Shown here: positions 24,174 through 35,769 of the stretch, one piece after another
Numbering within the stretch: the first letter of the stretch is position 1
Layout: every line of letters begins with the position of its first letter
Source: Calcarisporiella thermophila CBS 279.70
Taxonomy: Eukaryota > Fungi > Calcarisporiellomycota
NCBI RefSeq assembly: GCF_041956535.1
Contig: NW_027192191.1
Location: 1,127,443 to 1,191,442 of the forward strand
Direction: 5' to 3'
Length of the DNA stretch: 64,000 bases
The notes under the pieces: generated by a model
What the model was told of the DNA's origin: nothing
Seen by the model: only the letters and a program-made list of their open reading frames with translations
The model's database searches: none
Made by a program: the position numbers and the translations under genes

Positions 24174-26818
24174 ATGATGTTTTCCCGTTCGCGATGTTCA
24201 ATTTCTAATGGCCATTTACCAATAACGCGCTACTATCAGAGCTCTGCACCGACGCGAGTCTGGGCGCGGCGCCAGCACACAAACGCTAATATGCATGCGC
24301 CTGATCAGCGGCCTCCTCCTGAGCTGTCTATCCACCCTCCTTCTACTGCAAGCTCCTCTACTCCACCTCCTCAACCCCCTCCACCCTCACAGCGTGCCTG
24401 GTTTAAGCCCAAATTTAGGCATATATTTGTTGGCGCTTTTGCGTTATACTCTGCCTCAGTATATTATATGTAAATCGCGCGTTGTTGCTTATTTAACTGA
24501 GCTTTTACTAAAACGTCGGTTCGGCTCTTTGGTTGACAGGCAATGGCGTGAACAGAAGAAACGAGATACCGTCAACCCGGATACGGTTTTACACTGGAGA
24601 ATTACCGATGGGTATTCTTTTTTCTCTAGGGATATTCGTAAACGACCAACTCATGATTTTCACTTATAGCTCTATTGTTGAGACAAACATAGATACTTCA
24701 CCCACTCGAAAACTCCCCCATCTATTAAACCCAACCCCGGGGCCAGTTACAAAAGTCTCAACCCTGTATGAGATTATCCGCGCGATAAAACTCGCAAAGG
24801 ACGATGATCGCATTGTACGCAAATATAATGCATAATTATCTATGCATTTCGATGAATATTTGAACCCTCTCTCTTTTTGGTTTAGGTCGGCATCATGGCC
24901 AATATGAGTAGCGGAGGTACGACCGGCTCTGCGCCTCAATCCTCCCTCGGCTTTGCTCAAGTGCAAGAGATTCGCGAAGCTCTCGATGAGTTCCGCCAAG
25001 CTAAAATCGCAAAATTTGGAGCTGATAAATGCAAGCTAATTGCGTTTGCAGACACATATACTCAGATGTACTATTATCTGGCGAGTGCTTTTGACCACGT
25101 TGCAATTCAACCAACGGGGCAGGTGCCTCTTGTAGGATTGTCCAGCACTGTTACTGTAAATTGAAATTTAGGAGTAAAAGTACAGCAACACCAGTATTTA
25201 TCGTACAATTATACTATTTTTTTTTATAGTTCTTTAAGCAACTGCTGAACAGATTTGGTATTTATGTCCGTGGAGAAGCACGTCGCGAATACAAAAGCGC
25301 CATCAGCCCCTTCACGGAGACAAAGCTGACCCCCGAACAGCGATCTGACCTTGATCAACTCCTTAGTTCCTTGAATACAGACATGCTTCAGGATATTGCC
25401 AGCTCTCGAAAAAATTCCATGAATCTCAAAGAAAATGGGGAAACAAACCAAGATCTTTTTGAGGCCGTAAAACGTGGGCCGTTTATGTCTGAGGAAGCAC
25501 AGCAGATGGGCCTAGTTGATACCCGGACCTACAAGCGGAACATGACGGATATGATAAAAGAGAATGCAGCAATGGGCCTGATCCACTATCTGCGAGTACG
25601 AGAAGTAGAGAAATTGAAGGAGATGAAGGCCTCGAATACGCCTAATATGGTGGTTGGCGTGGTTTATCTTATTGGGACCATTACTCGCACCCCGGGATAT
25701 TTTGGAGCCAATGCAGTTGTAAAGGCACTGCGGTACGGAACTCTCTTGCCTCTAGGTGTTTGCTAGGGATTGACGGTATTGATATATCCTATTACGCTAA
25801 TAGGGAGGCAGCTGAGGATGAGACAGTGGATGCTATTGTCCTGCGTATCGATTCGGGGGGCGGTGATGTAATTGCCTCAGATACTATCCATGACGCCGTC
25901 CAATACGTACAAGAGGAAAAGAAGATCCCTGTCGTCGCATCCTTTGGAAATGTTGCCGGTAACTACCTGATTTGGTATTTGATTTCTCAGTTTCGCAAAG
26001 TTGATGTTTTCCTTTCCCTTAGCCTCTGGGGGCTACTTTGTGGCGACTCACTGCGCTAAAATACTAGCACAGCCAACTACCATCACCGGTTCAATCGGTG
26101 TTGCAATGCTTAGGCCGCATATCTCGCAAGAATTCTTCAAGTGGGCGGGTATTGATATCGAGCAAACTTTCATGGGCAGCAAGGGTAACACAGCACATTC
26201 ATTCGTTTCTCTCTACTAAGCTTTACTTAATTACTTCAAAATACTTAAGCCGAATCGCTCCTGATCGATCTGGAGGGTGAGGACCTCGAGCGTTGGAAAC
26301 GTACTGCCGACATATACTATGCTGATTTCAAATCTCGGGTCGCTGCTGGCCGTAATCTTGATCCCGAAAAGGTGGAGGACCTTGCGAAGGGGCGGCTATG
26401 GTCCGGGCGAAACGCTCTCTCCGTTGGTTTGATCGACGAGCAGGGTGGCATATACCGTGCGATTCGGGTTGCGGCGGAGCTGGGGCTGAAACGTCGACTC
26501 GAGAGTGATCTGAAGGAGGAGGTGAAGGCCCTTCTGCCTAAGAAGCTGGATGACTCGATGGAGGTTGTAGTGAAGTCTTTCCCAGCTAAACGCACCTTCA
26601 TCGAGCGACTTAAGCAGCTGGAAGAGGTCGATTCAGAGGCTTGGGAAAATTTCGCCGGGGGACAAGGAGAGAAGGCGCTGATGCTGGTCACCGCACAGGT
26701 TGCGCAATTTATCGGAGAGGCCTTACACGCAGGGATCGAGGATTTCGTGGATAATTTAAAGCAGCGTGCCGTGATGTCTTCTCAGCCGAGGTACGAGATG
26801 GAGGTTAGCATTGAATAG
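24174..26818 (+). CDS. sppA: Signal peptide peptidase SppA / protease IV (S49, tandem-domain type), probable mitochondrial presequence
   Basis: YYYLASAFDHVAIQPTG, RREYKSA (catalytic Lys), AIVLRIDSGGGDVIASDTI, VVASFGNVA|ASGGYFVA (catalytic Ser), TITGSIGV, LAKGRLWSGRNALSVGLID; Arg/Ser-rich N-terminus followed by one TM; multiple spliceosomal introns. Confidence 0.9.
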
Positions 26819-27032
26819 ATGGAGTTGAAGACGGACTTCTCTCTATTTATTTGAACGTCTAGCTGTGAAATAAACAACATCGGGTTTTCTCTTTCATTTC
26901 ATCGAATTACCGCACTCTTATTGTCACTTCAATTGAATTGAAATATATCACCAATACATAGACGAAATAATATCAAAAAAAGTATCCAAAACGTCAAGAT
27001 GGGTAGCATTAGATCCAATACACTAATTCTCT

Positions 27033-27581
27033 CTATGTGGCTATCGCTAGCGTTTTCACCCCCATTAAGCCAACTCCGTCCACGTAACCCAATATATATA
27101 TCCATATTTTCCCTCCAATGCCCTCGCTCTTCTCATCCTCAAAACCAGCTCGCTCTCCAACTCGATAGACACGCACCTCCTTCAGACCCCTTAATACCTC
27201 TCTCAATCGTTTGTATTGCTCCTTTTGCGGCTGATAGTCGTGATTTTCCAATGACGCCATGAATTCATCCAAAGTCTGCGATCTACATCTCTTCCCGCGC
27301 AAGCTGGGATTTTCTTGTGCAGCTATCGCCGGAAATTCATCGTCGGATGGAAGAGTCGATTTTTCGTACTCAAGTTGGACGACCGTATAGGGCTCGTCGG
27401 ACTCTGAGGGGTAGGTGAGCCCTCTGGTCGCGTTCTCGAGATCCACGGTGAGATCGGTGAATTGTTTAACGGCAGAGCCTTCCTCCTTGGAAGCCGTGCT
27501 GATGGCATTCCGCGAGGCCGGCGGGTTTATAGTGTTATTAGTAAGCATGTCCATGTAGTTTTGGTCGGATCGATCCGTCAT
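27033..27581 (-). CDS. Nuclease A inhibitor (NuiA)-like protein, intronless
   Basis: LENATRGLTYPSESDEPYTVVQL...LDEFM...YKRLREVLRGLKEVRVYRVGE...IWIYILGYVDGVGLMGVKTLAIAT* aligns with recalled Anabaena NuiA (LKQASDGLLFMSESEYPFEVF...FQKLLEVIKSNLKNPQVYRLGEVELDVYVIGETPAGNLAGISTKVVET). Confidence 0.85.
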   Translation of the reverse strand: MTDRSDQNYMDMLTNNTINPPASRNAISTASKEEGSAVKQFTDLTVDLENATRGLTYPSESDEPYTVVQLEYEKSTLPSDDEFPAIAAQENPSLRGKRCRSQTLDEFMASLENHDYQPQKEQYKRLREVLRGLKEVRVYRVGERAGFEDEKSEGIGGKIWIYILGYVDGVGLMGVKTLAIAT

Positions 27582-27876
27582 GTTGAACGCTCTTCAGGGA
27601 GAAAGAAAAATTTCTTGGGCAATACTATTTTTCTTTCTCAGTTCGATGGCGTAGAATTGGACCCCGACAATGTCCAAAATTTAATATTTATTTTTATTAC
27701 AAGACACTTTGGCAGCGATAAGTAATACTAGATAACGTAAAGGAGAGTGCAGACAATAGTAACAGTATATAGAATAATATAGCTCAAGCTATAGCAAAGG
27801 GGAAACATATATAATAGACTGTATAAAAAGCTCAAAAAACAAGTACTGTATATAATGTATCTATATTCATGGAACA

Positions 27877-29178
27877 TTAGGAATACCGGCTTTCCTCCAC
27901 CATTAATGCTTCGAACAGCCTAACAGTAGCGTCAGCTTCATCTTGCAAATTCTGTAATCTCAGGTAAGCGTGCGAGTTATTCGAGTTGTCTCGATCTCGG
28001 TTTTGTTGGCGGCGTGCGCGCCTTCCGCTTCCACCTCGTCCACTGCCCTGTCGTCTTCTCTGAGAATCCCGCTCCAGGTTCCTCTCTCTATGTGCTACAC
28101 TACGTGCCACTTCATCCACATCCTCCTCATCCTCCGCCTCGTTATCACGTGAGGAGCGACTGTGATGTATCCCACTATGATCGCTTGACTCATTCCTTCG
28201 CCACCCTCCATATACAATCAACCCATTATCCACGCAGAGTCCGAACTCATCCAAGAATTCCTGATAAAGCTCAAAATCATCCACATCCAACCACTCCTCA
28301 CCAATGCCGTCTTCAAATTCATCCAGATTCTCTTGCTCAAAGAACCAGAACTCGCGGCTACTCCATCCAGCCGGTTCCTGCCCACTATTACGCTGGTATT
28401 GTGGCCGCCTACGCCTTTGTTGGACGTGGCATTGTTCTTCGTCGAGCACGTGGCGTGTGCCATCCGGATTCAAGTGTGCAAAATGGCACGAGTTGCCGAA
28501 AGGACAAAATCGGTTGTTGGCCGGACTAGCACGGAAATGTTTGCAGGGTATACGTGCCGTTTTCGCACGGTATGCCCCGCAAATCTTGTTTTTCTGTGCT
28601 CCGGTTGCGTAAACACTCGATGGGATAATAAAATTGGAAACGGTGCGACAGAGAGGGCAAGATTTGCATTGCGATCCAACATCGGTCTTTTTTCTCCATT
28701 CTCTAATGCATGCTATTCAACATTATTCAAAGATTAATGAATGATCGAGCATTTCATGGATATATGCGAAACTACGACACTCACTGAGACAAAAAATATG
28801 GTCACATTCGGGCAGAAGCCCAAATGTAACTGGCACTTCCAAACAGATGGCACATGTATGGTCACCGCTAGATCTTGTAATTGAGGAGGTGGAGGCCTCA
28901 GCATTGGCTCCACCAGACGTTGCGCCAGGTAAGGCACCCCCAACTTCAGGATTTTCATGCCGGAACCAGCACCCATTGCCGCGACGACAATATCCCTGTG
29001 CAAAATACTTGCACAATTCTTTGCTCGCGGTCAATCTCGATGGTTCGCCATTGGAGGCTTCTGTGGCACAGATCGAAGGGATGGCTGCATCCGTTTGGTC
29101 ATGAAGGAAAAAACAGTCCTTCCCACGGGCACAGTAGCCCTGTGCATAGTACTTGCAAACGACCTCAGAACGAGACAT
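27877..29178 (-). CDS. Makorin-like CCCH/RING E3 ubiquitin ligase, 2 exons
   Basis: Two CCCH fingers (CKYYAQGYCARGKDCFFLH; CKYFAQGYCRRGNGCWFRH), RING CAICLE...CDHIFCL|TCIREWR...CPLCR, and a terminal CCCH (CKHF...CPFGNSCHFAH). Confidence 0.9.
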
Positions 29179-31056
29179 AACGCCTTGATTTTACACCGGA
29201 ATTTAAGAGCGCCTGAAAAAATAAACTCGCAGCACTTGGGCTATGAAATGTAGGTGCCTCAGGACGTGATTCTATTCCCTAATAAATTCTGCGACACTGG
29301 TGTGATGATAGGACGGTGGATGTAGGATGAATTTAATGCTGTCCGCGCCCCTAAGTCGCAGCAGGGTGAGAATGAAAACAGGTAAAATTGCATACTCTCA
29401 ATAAAAATTGCCACATTCTGCGTGGCGTAGTTGAAAAATTTATTGATGGACCCACCAGGTGAAGGATTCGTTAGAATTAGTTTGACCATAATCGACAGAA
29501 GTAATTGGATTGATATTTCGCGTAGCTTTATTCCATTAAAATCTTCTCAGAGTTCAATCAATTTCATAAAATCTCCAGAAAAAATGCAACTATCTCGCCC
29601 GTTGAATAAAATTGCTTTACTGATTTGCATTAATACGCGATTATTAACATATTTGAACGACTATTAAAATCTGAACATGCTGCCGTAGATTCACCACAAT
29701 CAACGCCCGTATGTAATCAAGCTCCCAAGCAAAGGACACACTCAAAGGTGCATCATCCCTTTTATATCACAAAGCTTGAGCCCTACAATATGTGGGTCTA
29801 TGGTAGTCTTGATCACTCTAGGATAAATGATCGCGTTCGATTCTGGATGTTTCATATGGCCATTCAGACTCGTTGCTGCTATTAGTTGGGTTAATCACTT
29901 TTTAAAAGATTGATGTACTCAACGAAAAAGAGAAGTTGAAGGAAGGGATAAAAATGGACTTTGTGTACTGCCTATCTCTCTCCTATGAGGATATGTGGCA
30001 GCAATAGGCACCAGATGTTTTTTCGCTCGAAGCTCCGAAGTCTTCAATTTGTAAATCCAACGAGCCTGTGGCATTAAGCCGAGAAACATTATAAAAATGG
30101 ATGAATTGTTGCGTGTTGAGTCAAGAAAAACTCTGAGACGCTCAATAAACAGCCCGATTTGCAAAAATATCTACAACAGCTGAAGGACGTAGCTGGCTAA
30201 ATGATAAGTAGTTGATAGCGCAAAAACAACCTAAATGCTACTATTAATGGAGTATTATTGCCACGCGGTATTGAGGATGGAAAATCGAAACATCATGGCC
30301 ATCAGAAGTACTATTAGTCGCATCAGGGTAGAAGTATGTCGCTTTAAATTCAGGTACTCGCTCACGGCTGGTTAAGCTATCTGATGATGAGGTTAAGAGG
30401 TCGGATTTGCCAGAAACAAGAGAGCCCGAGGAGCAAGATTGATACATCAAAAGAAATATTCGAGGATAACGAGGAACTGGCTAGTGTTCGCAATCATCAT
30501 TAAATGTTTCCGTCATTCCAGAGACAGGGTCATGGAATACTATCGCAATACGACCAAACGGCTCAGCAAGATGTTTACACTCTACCACCGTATAAATAAT
30601 GGATAATTCCTGGCCCGAGTTGGGGCAGCGTCCTCCTCCCAAGATTGCTGTTGAGGATGGCACAGGCATCTCAAGGGGGAGTGCGAGCCAGAGATGCAAC
30701 ATTGTGCGGAAGTTGAGGGTGGCAAACTCCTTGCGGCCGGCTTATGAGGCAATTAATCGGACATAGTAGGCAGGTTTTGCCGTAGGTGCAACCTTTCATT
30801 CTCCGCACACCTCGATTGATCGCTTCAAGTTGCACAGCTAAAACTCTAAAATAGACGGGCTCCACACAAGACTGATCCGTAGCCGACTACTTAGGCCAGG
30901 CTGGCTTTTCCCTCGCTTTCTCTTTTTCTCTTCTTCTTTGTTGTCCTGACTCAAATCCAAAACACACCTTCCACTCCTTTTACTAAGACGCCCTGCCTCT
31001 TCCAGCCTCCATTCCACTCCTTAACCCATCTCCATTCCTTTGAATCTTCTCACGAC

Positions 31057-31389
31057 ATGTCACGATTCCTAGAAAGCAATTCCATTCGCGGGCTGCCCTT
31101 CCGCGTACCCTCCTTCCGTAGCAGCACGACAAGTGTCCCGCGCGACCCCTTATCCGCCCGCCTCAGACGTCTCGAGCGTGAGCTGACCACCATCCTAGAA
31201 GATGCCCTTGAGGTCAAGCCTCAGGCACAAAACTCGCAAATTGTCGCAGGCTTAGGATCGAACCTTGAGGATCCATTCCCGATTTTCTCGGACCTTCTGC
31301 GACACTCGCAGCGTAAGCGGTGGTGGCGTGGTGTCAAGAAAGTAATGAACTGCTGCGTGAAGCCGTTCAAGTCGAAAGCCGTCTACTGA
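31057..31389 (+). CDS. Small orphan protein (110 aa) with basic/aromatic C-terminus and a CC motif
   Basis: GC-richer ORF after a CT-rich leader and before a T-rich 3' region; coiled segment LSARLRRLERELTTILEDAL; tail RKRWWRGVKKVMNCCVKPFK. Confidence 0.55.
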   Translation: MSRFLESNSIRGLPFRVPSFRSSTTSVPRDPLSARLRRLERELTTILEDALEVKPQAQNSQIVAGLGSNLEDPFPIFSDLLRHSQRKRWWRGVKKVMNCCVKPFKSKAVY

Positions 31390-31986
31390 TATGAGATCCT
31401 TTCAGGAAAATAGTTTGTTTTTTTTGTGGTTTAGAAGGTCTTTCTATCTTTGTTTTCTTCTGTATGGATAGGGGGGATTCGCTTTTGTTTGTTTAATATT
31501 TGTTAATTGGTATTAATAGGAACGCTTGTTTATACACTACTCCTTTCTATAGCACTAGTATTTTTGACGGATCTATTCTTGTTTCTTGATTATTTCCATC
31601 CGTCTCTCCTTATCTCTTATGCTTTCTATATCCCCACCCCTCTTATTCCCCTAATTATCTTCTCTAAATCTCCTCTACCTTCGACCCTTTCCACTCCTTA
31701 TTACCTTCTAACCTCCCTTCGATATTACCGCTTATTACCGAGTCCACTGCCTTGGAAATCTATTCGCTTCACATCATTCCCCGTTGCAGATCTACTATTC
31801 TTAGAACGACTCGTCTAAAAATAAATATAGAGCTCTCCAGAATAGCAGACTAAATTATTAAAAGCAATTTTGTACAAATCGCGGCGGATACTTGATTATA
31901 TACGGATGAATATTTATTGAATAGATACAAGTGACTGAAGCAAGGGGCTGCTCCATACAAAAGAACGAAAGCGGATTTTCCTAGCA

Positions 31987-32325
31987 CTACGATGGAAATC
32001 TTTCCATCTGCTCTAATTCTTTTTGCATTTCTGCCTCTTCCTTCTCTCTCTCTCCAGCTTTGGCCATTTTCGAGCTCCGCATGATCTTCCCTAAAGTCTT
32101 TTTCACATTACCCATGATTTTCGATGGATGCTTGGGGCCAGGTCCATCTTCGACACTAGAGGTCGACTCGCGACGCTCACCAGAGGCCAGAGGATGGCTC
32201 GTGCCTGATTGCTCCTCAGAATGTTTAGTATTCGAAGCGCTTGCGTCCTCGACGACTGCAGCACCTGCAACCTCACCTCCCGAATTGTCAGAAGCTAAAG
32301 GGTTAGCTTGAGTATTTGGATCCAT
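31987..32325 (-). CDS. Small hydrophilin with CsbD-like C-terminal segment
   Basis: MDPNTQANPLASDNSGG...PSKIMGNVKKTLGKIMRSSKMAKAGEREKEEAEM; the G-x-x-K-x-x-x-G-K...G pattern resembles stress/LEA-like CsbD proteins. Confidence 0.6.
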   Translation of the reverse strand: MDPNTQANPLASDNSGGEVAGAAVVEDASASNTKHSEEQSGTSHPLASGERRESTSSVEDGPGPKHPSKIMGNVKKTLGKIMRSSKMAKAGEREKEEAEMQKELEQMERFPS

Positions 32326-33246
32326 GTTTGAAGAAAGTTTGCAAAGAGTACGACTTATCTTGATGAAAAGCACACACTTTTAAAAATGGAATCGCGACTC
32401 TGTATATATATCTAAATGTGAAACGCCCATGTAATAAATGTTTAAAAACAAAGCATGGGATGAAGTATATGTATTCTGCATTTTTTGGAACATACGCAAT
32501 GGTTTTGGGTGCCACATCCCTTAGGTGAAAGGACAGTTTGGATTCCATGTTTATACTTGCTCTTCAGAGTACATCCAGCGTTATGTATTTCCATCCTTTC
32601 CAATTCCAAAGATGCCGAATAATTGACAATCAAGATGCGTCATTACATAATTTCTATTAGCTTTGCACCAGCCACTCCATTGAGTTGGCCATAGTTCGGG
32701 CTCCGACTGATTATGATCGCAAAAAGCCACATATAGATCCAACAAATAAAAAGCCTGCGATATCCTTTTAATGGCTATCTAGAAAATTTCATACGCCTTC
32801 AGAATAATGTGGATCAGTCGCCTGAAAACTTTTGTGGTGAACCTTACTATTTGTGGACTTTATACACCGCTTTTAAAAATAGAATCCCATTCTCTTTTAA
32901 TATGATCAGCGATTAAATAATCCTAAAAAGACAATAGTGCAATCCGCATTTTCAACTTTCGATAGGTAACTTCTTTCGATTCTTTCTTTGTTTGAGATAA
33001 AGTCCAGGCTTATTAAATTGAATAACGCGTCCGCAAACTCTTCTATAGATGACAAGTTCCTTGGATTTTATCTAATTTAATGGGAGAGATATTGTTTATC
33101 TCCTCCTTAAATATCTAGTTTATAGCCATCCTCTTATATATTGCACTCCTGAATAATCCTTAATATTTCCGCTTTTCCAGTTTCATCCTCTTTGCACACC
33201 TTGTTGTTATACAATCTTCCATTTTTCTGTTTTAATATCATTCGAC

Positions 33247-34831
33247 ATGCTCTATCTTACTAATGATGTCGCACTGTTGCCGTTCTTCCTCCCCCTTGGT
33301 ATCATCGGATTTTATCGCTACATGTGGTTCCTTATTAAAGTAGCGGCTTGGTTTGCGTATTCCCCTTTGCTTCCCAAGGAGAATCCTACCTATCGACCAG
33401 AGGAGGATGTAACCATAATTGTACCAACAATAGATGCAGGAGAGGAGTTCAAAGAGGTAATCCTTTTTAGCTACATTCTCGCTCCTCTAACTATATTTGT
33501 AACATCTATTCCCCTCTCTAGGCTGCACACTCTTGGCTTGCCAACAACCCCAAAGAGATCCTTATCATCACGGAAGAAAAAATGCAAGCTCCCCTCCAAC
33601 AACTGGCAAACGAGGTCGCGCCTGAGAAAATTCGCGTCTTGACCGTTCCCAAGGCCAACAAACGCTTGCAAATGGTTGAAGGCGTCAATAATACAATGAC
33701 AGAGATTTTGGTGTTTGCGGATGACGATGCTATCTGGCCCCCGACCATGCTTGATTATATTCTGGCATGTTTTGAGGATTTAAAGATGGGTGGCGTCGGT
33801 ACGAGCCAGAGGGTAAGGGCGGTTGGAAATCGCATGACAGTGTGGGAAATCTTGGCCGGATTTCGACTTTCGATTCGAAACATTGAGATTACCGCAAGTA
33901 CCCATATTGATGGGGGGGTGTGCTGTCTTTCTGGGAGGACCGCAGCCTATCGCACTCTTATTCTTAAGGATCCGGCTTTTCAGTATAATGTAATCAAGTT
34001 TAGAAGTGGGTGGCACATAGTGGTCTAATTAATCTTCATTTGCTTAGTTCACCAACGATTTATGGCTCGGAAAGTACCCATTGAACTCCGGCGACGATAA
34101 ATTCTTAACCCGATGGATGGTATCTCACGGGTAGTGTAGACATTTAACTTCCCAGTCATATGGATACATACATGCTGATGCTTGCTGCTTACAGATGGAA
34201 TACATATATTCAAGCCTGCCCTGAAGCCGAGCTCGCTTCCACCTTTAAGAATAACTGGCGATTTATTAAACAGATTTTGCGGTGGACGCGTAATACTTGG
34301 CGGTCAGATTTCCGTTCCATTTTTACCGAGCGATATATCTGGACGCGTCATCCTTACGTTGCATTCACCATGGTGGATAAGTTTTTCAACCCGATCACTC
34401 TGCTCTCAGGTCCAGTCATGGTTGCCATATTGGCGCTCAACGAGTTTCAACTTCCTCTGTATAATATTCTGCTCTCGTATGTAATCTGGTTATTGCTGAC
34501 GCGTACACTTAAGCTGGTTCCCCATTTCTGGCGACGTCCACAGGATGTATGGGCCATCCCAGCCTGGCTTCTGTTTAATTATTGGTTTAGCTTGTGCAAA
34601 ATCTACGCGCTCTTTACACTACATGAGGTGGGATGGGGTACGCGAGAGGGTGTTGGAGTGCAACTGGCTTCAGAGATTGCGGCGGAAGCGAAAAAAGAAG
34701 ACAACTGGACCGAGCTAAACAGAATGAACTATGATAACCCTGGTGGACATAGAGAGTACATGTACATTCCTATGCAAGAGAGCTATCGTACGGAGCAGTT
34801 TGCTGAATATCCTCTCCAAGCGCGGAAATAA
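33247..34831 (+). CDS. CPS1: Processive GT2 polysaccharide synthase, Cps1 / hyaluronan-synthase-like, 4 exons
   Basis: VTIIVPTID, ANKRLQM, FADDD (DxD), CLSGRTAAYR, SGDDKFLTRW, QILRWTRN (QxxRW), C-terminal TMs and WGTR. Confidence 0.88.
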
Positions 34832-35384
34832 CGTCTCAATGTTTATCATGTTTGAAGTGCTTAATTATTTACTTTAAGAATCATACAGTATACACTCGCT
34901 AATGTTATATATAACTTATTTCACCTGCGTTTCATTGTTTTTTTCAGCATTTTCATTAAAACACAATCATTTCACCTAGTCGTGATGACCATAGTCCTTA
35001 TAGATAGCTACATATCGCCCTTTTATTAACTAAAACGCTGGGCTTATTAATTGTTTGGCTGGCTACGTGTGATACATATTTAGAGTTTTCTGCATGGTTG
35101 TTGTTCATGTTAACTACACCGGCCGAATTTAGAAGCATTGATAGATTGGATTCCAATTCTCATATAAACGCATTGACAAGCACGATGCTAATTTCTTTAT
35201 TCCATTCTTTTAATTCGGTTAGGCAATATCCAGCTACGCCACCTTTTAAGCACCCGATATAAAAATTACCCAAATTTTAGAGGTAATAGCTCAGAATTCG
35301 ATCTACTGCTCATCATCAATTTGATAAATCGAATAAACAACTGCTCATCAATTTACTCTAATCGGGCCGCAGTAGCCAATTACC

Positions 35385-35769
35385 ATGACTTCTCTGAAAC
35401 TTGATCGCCTTTCCGCTCGCGAGATACATACTCTCGCACGGCGATATTTTTTTGCTGGCTTCATCTTCCTCCCTTTCCTCTGGTTAGTTAATGTCATCTA
35501 CCTATGGCCAACATTAAAGCGAGAGGATGTTAGACTGATGGGAGTAAAAAAATGTAAGAGTTTTTACCATTTTATTTTCACCATTTTAACTCTTTCGAAT
35601 GGATTTATTTACCTGCATTGATTCTTTTCTAGATTTAATCTGTTCAATGGTTGGGGTGGCATTTTGGGCCATAGCACTTGCAATCTGGTATGGTCTATTT
35701 GTATCAAATCGTGTCCAGTGGGGTGCAAGTGCCGACACCATCACCGTTATTATACCAAAAGGGTTATAA
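35385..35769 (+). CDS. PSENEN: Gamma-secretase subunit PEN-2 (presenilin enhancer 2), 2 exons
   Basis: Spliced product MTSLKLDRLSAREIHTLARRYFFAGFIFLPFLWLVNVIYLW...VKKY|LICSMVGVAFWAIALAIWYGLFVSNRVQWGASADTITVIIPKGL* matches PEN-2 signatures (YxxGFxxLPFLWLVN; RxxWGxxxDxxxxxIPxG). Confidence 0.92.

Noticed and set aside
24174-27581. Bacterial contamination or a recent HGT island (SppA + NuiA-like)
   Set aside because: SppA has multiple spliceosomal introns, composition matches the flanks, and there are no mobile-element or operon signals.
31507-31818. Hydrophobic 103-aa ORF
   Set aside because: Non-ATG start in T/C-rich 3' sequence, which translates to Leu/Phe/Ser/Pro by composition alone.
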